DNA of 64,000 nt from Octopus vulgaris (GCA_951406725.2 OX597823.1:15500001-15564000), one strand, 5' to 3'. Numbered from the stretch's first letter, positions 9,547 to 24,230 are shown. Made by a program: numbers and translations. The notes: generated by a model not told the origin, from the letters alone.

Positions 9547-11279
9547 AATGGGAGGGAATAGTAATGGTTGAACAAACAAAAGGGAAGAAATGCAGTGAGG
9601 TCATCATATACTGAGAGCTTATGTTGCCATGCAGTATATCTCTTTCGTATTGTAATAATATTCCAGGTTATAGTGTGCCTGGGATAAACAGGAAATGACG
9701 GACTGCTGTTACTTATCTGTTATAGTAGTTTGAAGAATTTTATGTAATCAACTACCGTATGACTAAACATAAAACATTTGGGCTACAGAAGATTACTAAT
9801 TATATTCAGCTGTAAGGATTTACATGTTTAAGAAGTCTAAGGGTTTGAAATGTTGCAATGAATAATGTACAAGTGTTGTACTTACTAGATGAGATGAGTT
9901 CTGAACTACTTAATAATTGCTCTGTAAAGAATATCTTGATGTTTTCTAATATGTAAAGTTGGCATACTTTTTTTAATTTTTTTTTAATATCATTTGCATG
10001 GTTTGGCCCTTGACAGAATCTTCTATGAAATGTTAAAATTTGTTAGTCTTTGAGCAGCTTTAAATATTTTGATTGTGGAAGTACTAGCTTTTCCTGTGAG
10101 GAGCAGGGAGTGAAATGAAAAGACTTGTTGGTAACATCTTTGTTTATTGATACATGCATTGAAGCCAATATAGAAACAAACCCATGAAACTAATCAACGG
10201 AGCCTTGTGGATATGTTCTTGGTTGTGCAATGTCCTTTAAGTGAGTATAGGTTGCTATTAGAGTAATTGTAGTTATGTGGAGGATTTACATTGCCAGAGT
10301 GAATATTTTTTAGTTTGGTTGCACTAAAAAAATCTTTGATTAAAAAATAATGATAAAATGGAATGTCATGTAACAATCATAAAATCCTTTTCGTTTTTTC
10401 TAATAACATTGTTCGGAATCTATAACTAGATATTAATGCTTAATGCCACTATGAAACTAAGTGACAGACATATTTAGTATTCTTTAAATAATAATAAATG
10501 TCTCAAGTTTTGGCATAAGGCTGGCAATTTTAGGGGACGTGGGTGAGTCAATTACATTGAACTTAATATTTAAATACTACTTTATGTTATCGGCCCTGAA
10601 AGGATGAAAGGCAAAGCTGACCTCAGCAGGATTCGAGCCCAACACATAAAGAGCTAGAAGAACTACCACTAAGCATTTTATTCAATGGACTAATAAGTTT
10701 GTCGTCAGCAGCGGCAGCAGCAGCAGATTCTAACAGGTACAAGGCTGGAAATTTAGCAAGGAGGGGCTCAGTTGATAAATCCCATTTCAGCAGTTGACTG
10801 GTACTTATTTTATTGACCCCTCAGGGGAATGAAGTTCAAAGCTGGCTCTGGCAAAAGCATAAAAAACCGAAACAAATACTATAAGGCACTCTTAAGTAGT
10901 CTGCTAATCTGCAACCCTCTTTAAATAATAATAAAAAAAGATTAAACACTAACTCATTAATTGATTATACATATTTAAATGCAATCAATATTTTCCCTTG
11001 AGTTGTAGTGTTGACATTCAGTATAGAATTATCTGCAAAGAGAAGTTCACAGATAGTGGTGGTTTGGACATTACATTCAGCTTTGAAGCATGTGAGATTA
11101 TGAAAGCTGCCATCCATTCAGTAATGGATACATACACCTGCAGGGTTATCTCTGACAGCATCTGTAAGCATTGCTTAGAACATCATACTGAACAGTGTTA
11201 ATGCTAGTATATGATTCTGTTGTACAGTATTGCTGACTGGAAAGTCTGCTGATGCTTCATCATCATCACCATCATCATC

Positions 11280-11870
11280 ATCAAGGCCTTTGAATCATCG
11301 TGAAACAGGCCTGATAATGATTGTTGATTTATCTGAGTAGCTAAATGTAGGCATAACCATCCAGAGACTTTTATAGCTCACACAGTCAAACGCCTTGGTT
11401 ATATGTACAAACGTGGTGCATAGACATTGGTGTAGTTCTTAGCATTTCTCATGTTGTTGCCTCACAGTAAATGCCCTGTTCACAGAGCCATGTCGCTTTT
11501 GGAAACTACAAGAACTCTCTGAGAGCAGGCTCTTCTCAAGGTGTTTGATGAGATACTTCAGAACTCTGACAAGGATCTTCCTAGCAGTGGACAATAGGCA
11601 GAGGCCAAAATTGTTGTACTTGTAGATGTGAATTATTGAAGCAGCTTTGAATTTCTTGGTTCCAGAAAGATAAGAATATTTGCATCAACTTATGTTGAAG
11701 AATGGCTCCTGAATTTCTGCTGGTATGGCATTTGATCCAAAAGTTTTACCACTGGATAGTTGCTTAATGGCTTTTGCCACTTCAACATCGGAGGGATGAT
11801 TGTCTAGTTTGAAGTTGGTTTTCACTTGGTGCAGTCATCAGTGGCCAACTGGGGAATGTGCCTTAGTTTT
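11280..11870 (-). pseudogene. Decayed LINE (RTE-like) reverse transcriptase fragment
   Basis: Minus-strand translation gives EVAKAIKQLSSGK..G..AIPAEI, LLSTA.KIL.RVL and FTVRQ..EKC...FV.ITKAFD.V, broken by stops and frameshifts. Confidence 0.7.
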
Positions 11871-13262
11871 CTGCCTGTCTTTCTATATTTTTGAATATTT
11901 TCTGTACAAACCTATTGCAAACAGCCAAGGATTATTAAATAAACTATTACAATCATGAACCAGATGTAATAGTTGATTGGTGGACTTTTGGAATAGCTAT
12001 CACTACTTCATAGAAAAAAGTACCAATGAAAGTTTGCCAAAAGAAGGGCATGGAATTGGAAGACAAAAATATTTAAAAGTTCAATGTTTTGGACAAAAAT
12101 TTCTTACACAGAAGGAAACAATCACTCAATTCCAAGCCCTTTCTTTCTCTATGAGGTAGTGGTAACTTTTCTGAAAGTCTGCCGATAGACTATTACACCT
12201 GTCTCACTAACATAATTTATAATCCTTCAGTAAATAAGAAATTGGCTGTCAATAAAAGGAAGGTACTATATTTTTCCCTATCATGCAATAACTGACAATC
12301 AAATAATATCTAATATCTAACTCTTTACACTACAAAACTTCCTTATTGGTTAATGCCTATATTTTCATGGAGAAAATTTCACTGGAATTCACAGATTTGT
12401 TTATTATGATTCAGTCTTCACTTTGTTAAAATAGGAACGGATGAGAAACCACTGATAAATTGAATATTACACCATCTTTACCAGAATTCTTCACATTGTT
12501 ACCCCACCAATCATTGTCTCTTCCCATCAATGGCTGCTTTTGATTAATGAAACAGAAACATTGAAGTACAGGCCTGCTTGTACACCTATACAACACCTGA
12601 ATCTAACTCTTAGTCGAGGACAGTGCCAGATGAGGTATCTGAGTGGAGCAGTATACCTGTCAAATGGTATGGTATGGTAAGCATGTGAAGTTGAACTTAA
12701 CAAATAACAAAAACCTATAAACAATTGAGGGAGCCTCTATGTAGCCACTCAACCAACTAGATATAGTAACCAAATCCCCTCAAATAACCCTACTCTCTTT
12801 AAAAAAAGAACAAAAAACACACACACATTAGACAATCTATTTCCTAATATGGTTTTGGATGGAATGTCTTTGATCATAAGTTTACTCAGTTAATGCAGGT
12901 TTAGGGCTAAATAACAACTTCTTATGAATTATGCTTGCTCAATCAAAATTCTTGATGCAGATACAGAGAGCAAAAATGTTTCCTACTGATATTTTTTGTG
13001 ATGCAAGAAGCTTTGTTATAAAGTAATAAATGATACCATGGACAAATGACTTGAAGCAAAAAGTGCCCAAAGGGGTGTCACATTCAGACCCTTCAGTATT
13101 AGCTCTTACTGATTTCTTATAAAACATTTTTTTTTTTAAAGTATTACATAGAGTCATTTAAGGGGATGAGAGAATACAAACGGCTACATTTAATAAATAA
13201 CTAAATTTAAATTAAAAAGCTATCTCTCTCTTTCTCTCTCTCTCTCTAGCTAAGAAACTTAC

Positions 13263-13412
13263 TGAGTGATACTGTTTCAAAATATGATGCATCTGTTCAA
13301 CTTCTTCGCTGACTAATGTCTTGATAAAATATTTCTTATCTTGTGACAATAGCATGCGGGCACCACTACGACCAGGTGAATCCATCTCAACAGGCTGCTT
13401 TGTCAAGGAATT
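13263..13412 (-). CDS. PIP4K2: PIP4K2 coding exon: NSLTKQPVEMDSPGRSGARMLLSQDKKYFIKTLVSEEVEQMHHILKQYHS
   Basis: tttcag acceptor, gtaagt donor, 150 nt. G-loop GRSGA and the ATP-binding lysine (FIKT). Confidence 0.96.
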
Positions 13413-13592
13413 CTGAAAATTAAGAAAAGAAATTGAATAATTTTAGAAATGGAATTGACACTGGAGTAAATAAAACGGTTTGAAAATAAACAGGCAGTTG
13501 GAAACATTGTTTTTGAACAAAATATGACAGGTTGAAAATAGATAAATTCATAGTAAATCTGTGTTAAAAGAAGATAGTTGAGAATATTTCTA

Positions 13593-13943
13593 AACATAAA
13601 ACACCATCCGATCATGGCCATGCCGGCCTTGCCTGGCCTCCGTAAAAAACACCATCCGAGCGTGGCCGTTCGCCAACCTCGTCTGGCACCTGTGTCCATG
13701 GCACATAAAAAAAATACCATCCGAGCGTGGCCGTTCGCCAGCCTCGTCTGGCACCTGTGTTGGTGGCACATAAAAAGCACCCACTACACTCACAGAGTGG
13801 TTGGCATTAGGAAGAGCATCCAGCTGTAGAAACACTGCCAGATCTGACTGGCCTGGTGCAGCCTTCGGGCTTCCCAGACCCCAGTTGAACCGTCCAACCC
13901 ATGCTAGCATGGAAAGCGGACGTTAAACGATGATGATGATGAT
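13593..13943 (+). mobile_element. Retroposon family C copy (~3 monomers)
   Basis: Same body and tail; monomers partly deleted. Confidence 0.85.
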
Positions 13944-14214
13944 AAAGAGATGAAAGAGACAAGATCTTGTTTTTTTCATTTCATTTTGTTTTGTTACATA
14001 CATTTTATGAGAGATAAATTATTATATAGATAGTGCACCAATGATCAAATAGACAGAAAAGTGGAAATGTTAAGTTTGATGAGAAATCAACACTTCAAGT
14101 GTATAAGAGCACTGAAGACTTTGTACTCTTTTGAAAGTTTACTAAAAGCAGACATTGTTCTGTGATTTGAGCACACTAATTAAAGCTAAAATTATAGCAA
14201 ATGATAACACAGTT

Positions 14215-14603
14215 ATCTAATTGGCTCACAATGTTCCTGCCAGCCATGCTTCTGCACTGCTCTACCAGCTCCTGGTAGTTGGCAAGCTTTCTGCCATGTG
14301 CTTCCTTTATGTGTTCTTCCCAGGACATAGTCAGTTCCCAAATAAACACCTGTTTGGCACAATTCATGAAGATAACTATGTCAGGTGGAGTGGAGGGATG
14401 GGTTTTTTTTTTTTTCATTAAGCATATTCTTAATCTGCAAAATACCAACAAATGTATTTTCCCTGCATTCTTTTCGTCTTTTAATTGTTTCAGTCATTTG
14501 ACTGTGGCAATGCCGGAGCACCGGGTTTAGTCAAACAACTGAATCCAAAGACTTATTCTTTTTAAGCCTAGTATTTATTCTATTGGCCTCTTTTGCCAAA
14601 CTG
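14215..14603 (+). repeat. Near-identical direct duplicate of 17378-17764
   Basis: Matches base for base by eye except for poly-T length. Spans a HERO fragment, a spacer and a SINE A tail. Confidence 0.9.
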
Positions 14604-14730
14604 GTAAAGTACAAAGAACTTCTGACTGCATTGGTGATTATTATGTTATTTTCTTTCCTTATGAAGAGTCAGCAGTCTTTTCAAGTGTAATAATGAATGG
14701 TAGCAATGAAAATGGAGAATTTGAACTGAA

Positions 14731-14925
14731 GGCAATAAGCAGGGTAGATAAGCAAATAGAAGCAACGAGAAGTGTAGGTGAGCAGCAGGATAGGGTTATA
14801 AGAGTAGACAAGCAACTGGAGGGAACAGGCAGGTTAGATAAGCATCTGAGCAAATGCGAAGGTTGGATAAGCAATTGGAAGAAATGAGAAGGGTAGACAA
14901 GCAATTGGGCGGGAAGAGATAAGCA
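14731..14925. repeat. Degenerate ~30-bp minisatellite (about 6 units, GGGTAGAYAAGCAA...)
   Basis: The motif gtagayaagca recurs about every 30 nt. Confidence 0.65.
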
Positions 14926-15802
14926 ACAATAATTGAGGCAGGTAAAAATGAGATTAGAAAGTGATTATAGCTGATGTATTCATTGGTGTGCATAAAAGAC
15001 AAATGCACTTACAGTGGTGTGCAAGGGATGATTGGAAAAGATTGGGGGAAAACTTTAGGGAAATATTTTTGATGAAAATATAAATGGATAAATGGTAAAG
15101 TCAATACAGCATCATTAGAAATTATCAAAATTAATTTTAGATTTCCTCCACTGCAGAATTCTTTTCATGACTAATGTAAAATATTATTTTATTCTCATTT
15201 TTTTAAGATGTATGTAAAATAACTTTTTTGAAAATTTTTATTGGACATGGCTCCTTGAAGGACAAATATGAAATTATACCACACATGAAATTTCAAAAAA
15301 GTAATTTCTAACATCAGCACAAGGAAAATAGGGGACTCAGTGAATTAAACTAAGTCAGCAATTGACTAGTACTTTATGTTATTGATTTCCAGGAAAAGGT
15401 GAAAGTTCACAGTGGCTGGAATTAAACTGAAAATTTAAAGGGATGTAAGAAAATGTTTCTAAGTCTCTGACTGATGCTTTAACAACTCTACTCAACCATT
15501 GCACAAGAATATTGATACAGTAAAAGAAATTACACCACTTGGAAAACAAAACCAGACAGCAGTGTACTGTGTTGATATTTTGATCTACCACCAAGTCTCT
15601 CTCTCATGTAATAGTTTAAAGGTGAGATTTACAATGCAAATAGAATGGTAATTTTTCCAAGGTGAAAGAAAGAATAGCAATTCCAATAACCTTCAAATAT
15701 CAAGACTTTGATGACTGAAGATAAAAAATTAAGTTTTTCAAACAAAAGCACTGCAACATTGGAATATTATTATGGCTCAGTATTGATGAAGGAAAATATA
15801 TA

Positions 15803-16033
15803 CTCTCTCTTTTACTATCTCTTTTACTTGTTTCAGTCATTTGGCTGCGGTCATGCTGAAGCACCGCCTTTAGTCGAGCAAATCTACCCCGGGACTTATT
15901 CTTTGTAAGCCCAGTACTTATTCTATCGGTCACTTTTGCCGAACCGCTAAGTGACGGGGACGTAAACACACCAGCATCGGCTGTCAAGCAATGCTAGGGG
16001 GACAAACACAGACACACAAACACACACACACAT

Positions 16034-16098
<65 letters not shown>

Positions 16099-16260
16099 GA
16101 CAGGCTTCTTTCAGTTTCCGTCTACCAAATCCACTCACAAGGCATTGGTCGGCCCGGGGCTATAGCAGAAGACACTTGCCCAAGATGCCACACAGTGGGA
16201 CTGAATCCGGAACCATGTGGTTGGTTAGCAAGCTACTTACCACACAGCCACTCCTGCGCC
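15803..16260 (-). mobile_element. SINE family A, full length
   Basis: Reverse complement of 7578-8005. Confidence 0.88.
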
Positions 16261-17117
16261 TATATAAATAAAGATTTGTTATCTTTGGCAGACTACATAA
16301 ATTGTATCAAACATAGAAAGAAGTGCAGTACCTTTAGATATTCATGACCAAACTGAAGACATCCAATTGAATGTGTCTTGCACTGGGTAATACTATTTGC
16401 AAAACCTCACAATTTTGAGTGCATCATGATGGGTATATCAAACAGTACTGAGCACATAGGTGAATAATTTTAGAATATTCTTTCAATATTATATTGAGTT
16501 TGAGTAAATCCAGAAAACAGGAGAAAGACATCACATTTAAGGACAAGTTAGAAAGATAAATAGAAGATGTAGGAACTTAGTAGAATATTTAAGTGTTGAC
16601 CTCCTTCCAAAATTATTTCCAAATTCAAAAGAGCAAAATTTCTGTGCATAAACAATACTTATTTTAATAAGACTTACATAATGAGGAGGAAAAAGGTTAA
16701 GTAAAATGAGATTAGATTGAAAGATCATATAACAATAGATTTGTGAAACTTATAACACTTCTCATTAATAATTCTTGATGTTTTAAATGAGACAGTAATG
16801 ACAAAGTGAAAGCTTAGAATGAGGGGTCTTGTCTTGCTAGTAACCTGGTGACTGCACTGGTGATGGTGCTACATAAAAAGCACCCAGTATACTCTGTGAA
16901 GTGGTTGGCATTAGGAAGGGCATCTAACCATAGAAACCATGCCGAAACAAACAGAGCTTAGCACAACCTTCTGACTTGCCAGCTCCTGTCAAAGCAGCCA
17001 ACCTATGCTAGGATGGAAGGAGGATATTAAATGATGATGGTGTGGACACTTCTTGCATAAGCATTGACATTTGGAGAGAGAGAGAGAGAGTGCATGTGTG
17101 CATGCGTGCGTAGTTCC

Positions 17118-17560
17118 AAGATACATCTCGCAGATGTTTTGGGATGCACCATCAGCAATGATTCTGTGGCCTAACTGGATGCCCATCTCTCATCAACCCA
17201 GCCAAAGTCGATCGGGTGCCAGCAAACCAGCGGCCTGCCTACTTTACTCTAAACTCTCTAGTACTTTATCTGCAGCTTTGGTGATCAAATTTATGGCCCT
17301 ACTCTTTATTGCATCAGCAACTCTAAGTGCATTCAGAGCTTTGCAGAGTGAGTGCCCTACAAAACCCTGGAAGCCTAATCTAATTGGCTCACAATGTTCC
17401 TGCCAGCCATGCTTCTGCACTGCTCTACCAGCTCCTGGTAGTTGGCAAGCTTTCTGCCATGTGCTTCCTTTATGTGTTCTTCCCAGGACATAGTCAGTTC
17501 CCAAATAAACACCTGTTTGGCACAATTCATGAAGATAACTATGTCAGGTGGAGTGGAGGG
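17118..17560 (-). pseudogene. 3' fragment of a HERO-type (restriction-like endonuclease) non-LTR retrotransposon
   Basis: Frameshifted translation PPDIVIF...KQVFIWELTMSWEEHIKEAHGRKLANYQELVEQCR / GWQEHCEPIRLGFQGFVGHSL matches the PD..ELT.PWE REL endonuclease pattern of R2-group/HERO elements. Confidence 0.7.
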
Positions 17561-17847
17561 ATGGGTTTTTTTTTTTCATTAAGCATATTCTTAATCTGCA
17601 AAATACCAACAAATGTATTTTCCCTGCATTCTTTTCGTCTTTTAATTGTTTCAGTCATTTGACTGTGGCAATGCCGGAGCACCGGGTTTAGTCAAACAAC
17701 TGAATCCAAAGACTTATTCTTTTTAAGCCTAGTATTTATTCTATTGGCCTCTTTTGCCAAACTGCTAAGTTACAGGGGCGTAAACACACCAACATTGGTT
17801 GTAAAGCAATGGGGGGGGGGGGCAAACAGAGACACACAAATACATAC

Positions 17848-17897
<50 letters not shown>

Positions 17898-18640
17898 GGC
17901 TTCTTGCAGTTTCTGTCTACTAAGGTAATATAATTGTCGAAAGAGAGAAAAATGTAATCATTTTCTTGAGAATGATGCCCCAAATGATCCTAATGTATGG
18001 CTCAAAACATAAAAACAGAAAACAAAATCTTAGTAATGCCATCATCATCATCAACAACATTTATTGTCCATTTTCCATGCTGGCATGGGTTGAATGGCTT
18101 GACAGGAACTAGCAAGGCCAGGGACTGCGCTAGAGTCCATAGTCCGTTTTGGCTTAGTACAAGATGGATACACCAACCACTTTTCACAGAGGGTATTGAG
18201 TGCTTTCCAAGTAGCACCAGCACCCACAGCTATGCTTTTTACATGGCACCTTGGTTTTCAGATATCAATTCTGTTGTGGTGGGTGGGTCTTCTTGAGTAC
18301 AGCGATTTTAGTATTTTCATTACATGATATAACTAATATGTCATTTTAACTAAATTAATTACCACCCACTAATACACCACAGAGTTAAAGGACTGATATT
18401 GTGATAGAAACAGAAATGTTTGGAAAGCAAGCAGGTAAAGTGGGAAGTCAAAAGAAAAAGAAAATGAATGCATGATGTTTACTGTGGCAATGAGACAATG
18501 ACCGTTATTTCAAAATGAATTTCTTTTCAATGTTTCCCAAATTGAAAATGGTAAGAGATTTCCAAAACACAAAAAAAAAAAAATCATAGGTTCAGCCTTG
18601 TATACCACTTGGGTTGTATCTTCATATATTCTTTTTTTTT

Positions 18641-18865
18641 TTTACTCTTTTTTTTATTGTTTCAGTCATTTGACTGTGGCCATGCCAGAGCACCGCATTT
18701 AGTCGAGGAAATCTACCCCCAGGACTTATTCTTTGTAAGCCTAGTACTTATTCTATCAGTCTCTTTTGCCGAACCGCTAAGTTACGGGGATGTAAACACA
18801 CCAGCATTGGTTGTCAAGCGATGTTGGGGGGACAAACACAGACACACAAACACAGACACATACAT

Positions 18866-18914
<49 letters not shown>

Positions 18915-19085
18915 CATATATACGACGGGCTTCTTTCAGTCTCCATCTACCAAATCCACTCACAAGGCTTTGGTCGGCCCGAGGCTATAGTGGAAGACAC
19001 TTGCCCAAGGTACCACGCAGTGGGACTGAACCTAGAACCATGTGGTTGGTAAGCAAGCTACTTACCACACAGCCACTCCTGCGCC
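18641..19085 (-). mobile_element. SINE family A, full length; a decayed + strand copy follows at ~19215-19555
   Basis: Sequence matches the other family A copies. Confidence 0.88.
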
Positions 19086-19750
19086 TATATTGACAATATT
19101 TTAGGGGTTTTTTCAACTGTTTTTTTCTTTTATGATGTTATGATTAGGAAGGAGGCTGTCTCAGAATATATTTCTAAGTTCATTTTAGACTGTAGACTCC
19201 AAAAAAGGAGATCATAAGCTTGGCTTCAGGTTCAGTCCCATTGTGCAGCACCTTGTGCAAATATCTTCAACTAAAGTTCCAGGCTGATCGATGCCTTGGG
19301 AGTCAATTTAATAGACAGAAACTATGTGGAAGTGCATCGTGTGTATGTGTGTGTGTGTGTGTGAGCATGCACACACATTTGTCAACCAACACTGCTTAAC
19401 GACCAGTGTTTGTTTACATCCCCATAAATTAGCAATTTGGTAAAAGAGACCAACAAAGCAAGAATCAAGAATAAAAAATAAGGACTGGGGTAAATTCATT
19501 TGGCTGATACACCAACATGGCTGCAGTCCAGTGACTTAAACAAGTAAAAGATGAAGAGATAAAAAAGATCACACCACACAACAGTACAACATAACTAACA
19601 CCAAAAATATCTACTTTAGCATAAAGAGAAACAGAAAGAAAAATAACACCTTCCAACATTTCTATTTGAAAATTACATTGTCAGTAGTTGTTAATGACTG
19701 TTTATTTTACATAATGCATTTTTACAAACAATGGTCAATATAGGCTCTTA

Positions 19751-20067
19751 TGCCAGCCTCGCCTGGACCCCGTGCCGGTGGCACGTAAAAGCACCATCCA
19801 ATCATGGCCGTTGCCAGCCTCGCCTGGACCCCGTGCCAGTGGCAAGTAAAAAGCACCATCCGACTGTGGCCGTTTGCCAGTCCCGTCTGGCACGTAAAGA
19901 GCACTACCCACTACACTCATGGAGTGGTTGGCGTTAGGAAGGGCATCCAGCCATAGAAACATTACCAGATCAGACTGGGCCTGGTGCAGCCTTCTGGTTT
20001 CCTAGACCCCAATTGAACCGCCCAACCCATGCTAGCATGGAAAGCGGATGCTAAATGATGATGATGA
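19751..20067 (+). mobile_element. Retroposon family C copy (~2.5 monomers)
   Basis: Same body and tail. Confidence 0.85.
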
Positions 20068-21966
20068 ATATCATTGTTGGTTTTATGGTTTTAATGATTC
20101 AGTCACTGGTTCACTGCATTTCTGAAGGAAAGAATCACAAAGAACTACATTTGTGACATAAGTGGTATAAATACCATGAGGTATTTTTGTTTGAATGCAC
20201 CACTTCATTAACAGTCTTCTTGCTGATGTGTGTGCAAGTGCATACACATACACACACACATTCATATATGACAGGTTTCCACACAGTTCTATCTAGCACA
20301 GTTCACTGATCCAAGCTCTTCAGTTGGTCCACACATCATGTCTATATTAGAATATGCTTGCCTAGGAATTGGTGTAGTGAGATCAAAGTTAGAACCACAT
20401 GATTGCAAATCAAACTTTGTAATCACACATGCATACCAGCTTCCAGCTGTTCAGCTTTAATCAAGACCTTTTGATAAATGTGTATCAGTAGTGGACTAGT
20501 CCTTTTATTTATAGAGGGTACAATATGCTACATATCCCTCTTGTTTTTAAGACAAAAATTTTAGCTCTTATTTCTAGCTCAATCAACATTGTAAGGGCTT
20601 CCTCCTTGTCAATTGTTTATCCAGATGGTATATAAATCTGAACAAATCAATATTTCATATCATTCACATAGAAAGAGGCAGCAAAGTTTACAGAAACAGT
20701 AGATTGCTAGACTAAATGGTTTTCAATGTTAATGGCCTTTCAACACTCCAGAATCAATAGATTAAGAACTAGTGATAAGATACAGACAATTCAGTTCACT
20801 ATACTCAACTAAAAAGAAAACAAAAACATTGACCTTTGGCTTCATCAAAAGAAACCAATATTACAGCTATAGAATTCTAGTTAGTTAGTTTTTAGCCTTG
20901 ATTTTGGAGCTCTATAAAATGATTTCACCAATAGAAGAAAGAGGTCTTCACAAAAGACATCAACATAAGTCTCCTTTTCTTTTCTCCACGAGGCTTTGTT
21001 TAACATATAATTATTATCATATTAAAAGTATTTTAACTATCATTCAGAACAAACAATGACACGTGCCAACAGATTTTCTGGAATCTTTTGATCTAATTTT
21101 ATAGAAGAGAAAACTCTCCCAATAAACTCCACACCAAGTTTAATACGGGAAATATATACTTAAATCCACAGTTAACTCTACACCAAAGTATACTTAACAA
21201 CATCACTATAATCATTCCAATGGTCAATATAGGCTCTGCACTACTTCATGGTTGGCTAGTTAGAGGTAATGAGAGTACAAAACAATAAATACAGCAAACC
21301 AGTGAAGTAGCCTCTACATCAGAGGTGGGGAAAATTTTTAGTGCGGTGGGCAAAAATTTCCAAAAGAAAAGGTCCGCAGGCGGATCACAAGTTCTGACTC
21401 TTACGTCTGTGTAGATCTTGTATATATTTATGTATAATTCAATATACATTAATAAAGATAAGCTTAATACATTAAATTAACACATAAGATCTTCATTAAC
21501 ACCACCACTGAATTTAGGACATTTATATTACTTATGAGGTATTCTACATTTTTCAGCTAGAGTGTTGTGGGGTATCAAGGGGGTGGTACAAACCTAGCAA
21601 TATGTGTTTTATAGTAAAAATAAAATTTCCATTCAAATGGCAAGTGCTGGACGATTTTCTGTTTGAGTCTAACCATTTTAAGTCATAGTGGAAATGTTAC
21701 CTATATTGAAAAAAGGCATACGAGTATTGTATAAATTTTATAATTGAAAAATTGACTATATTTTGTACATATGAGTATGCCAGCCTGCGGACAGGGCTCT
21801 ACACAGTCATTCAAAATGTTAGAAATAACAGCCAAATATCATTCAAATCTACCCCTACTCTCTTTCAAAAAAAGGAGGGTTACATTCAATAATGTAGTTC
21901 TAGATGAAGCATGGGCAACCTTTTCTGAGAAGTAGGCTGCATGAGACATGGTTCATCATCAGGCAG

Positions 21967-21967
<1 letters not shown>

Positions 21968-22003
<36 letters not shown>

Positions 22004-22130
22004 GTTTAGCGTCCGCTTTCCATGCTAACATGGGTTGGACGGTTCGACTGGGGTCTGGGAAGCCAGAAGGCTGCACCAGGCCCAGTTTGATCTGGCAATG
22101 TTTCTACGGCTGGATGCCCTTCCTAACGCC
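21968..22130 (-). mobile_element. 5'-truncated retroposon family C copy
   Basis: (CAT)n followed by the reverse complement of the family C 3' end. Confidence 0.8.
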
Positions 22131-24230
22131 ACGAATGTATTACTAAAAAGATTCAAGTTAATTTTCCATTAGGCATGCCAGTAAAAAAGTCCTGTAGCCC
22201 ACATTTTGTCCATAACTGTTCTAGATACAAGATGTCTGGATAAAGAACTAAATGATCACAACTGAAATGTTGTTAATCATAAATATGCTTCATCAGAGTT
22301 GACCTGGAACTCAATAACAGTAACAACTACTCCGTTCAATCTTACAAACTATCCCAATAAGCCTATGTGACTGAAGGATGAGCTAGAAATAACAGCCAAT
22401 CTGCACAGAGTTATGGAACCGGATGGAAGTAATTATTGAGTTATTGATGTCAGAGTTAGAATCAGCAAAAAAAAACAAATACCAACTGACTGACAAAATG
22501 TAAAATTACAATATACAACAAATTTAACAATTTTTGTCTCTACTAAAAATAAATCAGATCTAAGGGATTCTATGAAAGAGGATCGATCTGGTAGAGGCAA
22601 TTCTGCTTCTAACAACAAAATGCAAATTATGGATTTGGGTTTTTATTTAACTTCTTTTCCACAATATTTCTTTAATAAATTTTGTCAGGAAAAATTTTCA
22701 ATCTTTCAAAATCTTTTTGTTGTAATTCACTTACATTTTGTATTTAAACAACACTTGTATTGTTTGAATATAAAACTTAAGTAAATTTAAAATATAATGA
22801 AGCGTTATTTCTAAAATAACCATTTGTTAAGTTGGTTTAGATATTCATTTTTTTCATTTTACTTGGATGTATTTTAGATTTCTGATCTGGGGAAAAAGAT
22901 ATTCTTTCACAGTATTTTTATAGTTTATTTCTTTCATATACCCTTTAACTTTGCAGTTTTTTTGGGGTTTTTTTATAAAAACAATCCTTATTTAAAATTT
23001 TTTTTAATTTTATATTTGTAAAATTGTCTCTAACTTTTTTGACAATGGTATAGCAATGGCCTTTAAACCCAAACTTAAAGTGCTAAGAAAAATCACCTGG
23101 TAGTTCCCAATGGCCATATATGTTGTGTACTTTCAATCAATATAAGAAATATAGAATTTAATCATAACAAATATAGGTGCTGGAATCAGAGCTGCTGTGT
23201 GAAGAATTGATGAAGCAGAGTCAAAGGTTCTGTGTATCAAATCCACAGTGCTGCTCAGTGACTTAATATACACAATAACTAAGATGACAATATAACATGC
23301 TAGGGAAAAGACAAAATAGTCAAATCTAAAATCATGGTCAGACAATAATGGTTTAATCACAGAAAATCCATAGCAGTTGAACATCAAGAGGTCTTGTGGC
23401 TAAAAAAATGATTAATGTAAAGCTGAAATTTTTTTCTTTAATCTCCCTACAGTGGAGGGCTCAATGCTTTTGACATATAGAAGTCAAAGAACATGAAGTT
23501 ACAAAATATCAATTACAAAATATCAATTGTTGAGATTAAAACGGTGTATATTTATCATTGCTATCAAAATATTGGTTTCAAATTTTGGCACAAGGCCAGC
23601 AAGTTCAGGAGACAGGGTAAGTCAAGTTGTATCAACCCCAGTACTCAACCGGTACTTATTTTGTCGACTCCAAAAGGATGAGGAGCAAAATCAACACTTC
23701 AGTAGAACTGGAATTCAGAACATAAAGACAGGCAGAATGCTGCTAAGCATATTAAGAATTCTGCTCGCTCACCGCTTTAATTGCTATCAAAATATTAAAC
23801 CTCTATTTGACATACAACACTAGATATTACTGCAAGGTGATTATCAGTCTGAATATGCTTGATGCACATTCGAACTGGGGAACAAGCTACTCACTAGTTT
23901 ATTACATTTTATAATGAAATATGGAACTGAAATATAATCTTTTCTACTCTAGGTACAAAACCTGAAATTTTGGGGGAGTAGGTCAGTTGATTAGATCAAC
24001 CCCAGTATGCAAATGGCACTTAATTTATCAACCCCAGTATGCAAATGGCACTTAATTTATCAACCCCAAAAGGATGAAAGGCAAAGTTGACCTCGGCGAA
24101 TATTAAGGTATTGCCAAGACCATTGCTATCAATCAAAGATATTCTGGAGAGTGGGCATTGCACTGTAATTAAAGAAAGAAAATACATCATGTCACTGAAA
24201 TAAATGATCACTAAGAAATACAGCACTCAC

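Noticed and set aside
23995-24067. 32-bp tandem duplication near exon 24231-24327
   Set aside because: A simple slippage duplication inside a decayed family B SINE, with no sign of function.
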